The notes under the pieces are model-generated. The model saw only the letters and a list, made by a program, of their open reading frames with translations. It did not search any database and had not been told where the DNA came from. A stretch of 47,556 bases of DNA from Chromera velia (taxonomy: Eukaryota), in contig JAHBMJ010000440.1 in NCBI GenBank assembly GCA_018398765.1, positions 1 to 47,556 on the forward strand. Direction: 5' to 3'. Below, in pieces: positions 47,551 to 47,556 of this stretch; positions within the stretch are counted from its first letter, which is position 1, and each line of letters starts with the position of its first letter. The translations under genes and the position numbers were made by a program.

Positions 47551-47556
47551 GAGAGA

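Overview
Eukaryotic genomic DNA, not prokaryotic. GT-AG introns are packed with microsatellites, exons are GC-rich and low-complexity, and TGCATGCA recurs often. This style suggests a chromerid alveolate such as Chromera velia (inference only). Eight protein genes were assembled by hand from splice phase. They are: a 5'-truncated Cys-rich (PSI-like) + GT34/DUF273-like glycosyltransferase; a Spartan/SprT DNA-protein-crosslink protease; a TBC Rab-GAP; a 4-TM Cys-loop membrane protein; a single-pass low-complexity protein; a 3xCCCH zinc-finger protein; an RNF115/126-like zinc-ribbon + RING-H2 E3 ligase; and the 5' exon of a secreted subtilisin-like protease that the ORF track misses. AT-rich intergenic blocks hold decayed mobile DNA: a LINE 3' end with an (ATC)n tail, a hAT-type MITE with 8-bp TSD, a decayed coding element, and a permuted inverted repeat. 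The most notable signals are a directional C->T (CpA/CpG) RIP-like decay in repeats, five TEXEL-like RRL motifs in the subtilisin prodomain, a duplicated splice acceptor that could truncate the CCCH protein, a RING-H2 split by a 174-aa insert, and a recurrent GGCCCCGGAAAG upstream motif. All exon models are unverified by RNA data.
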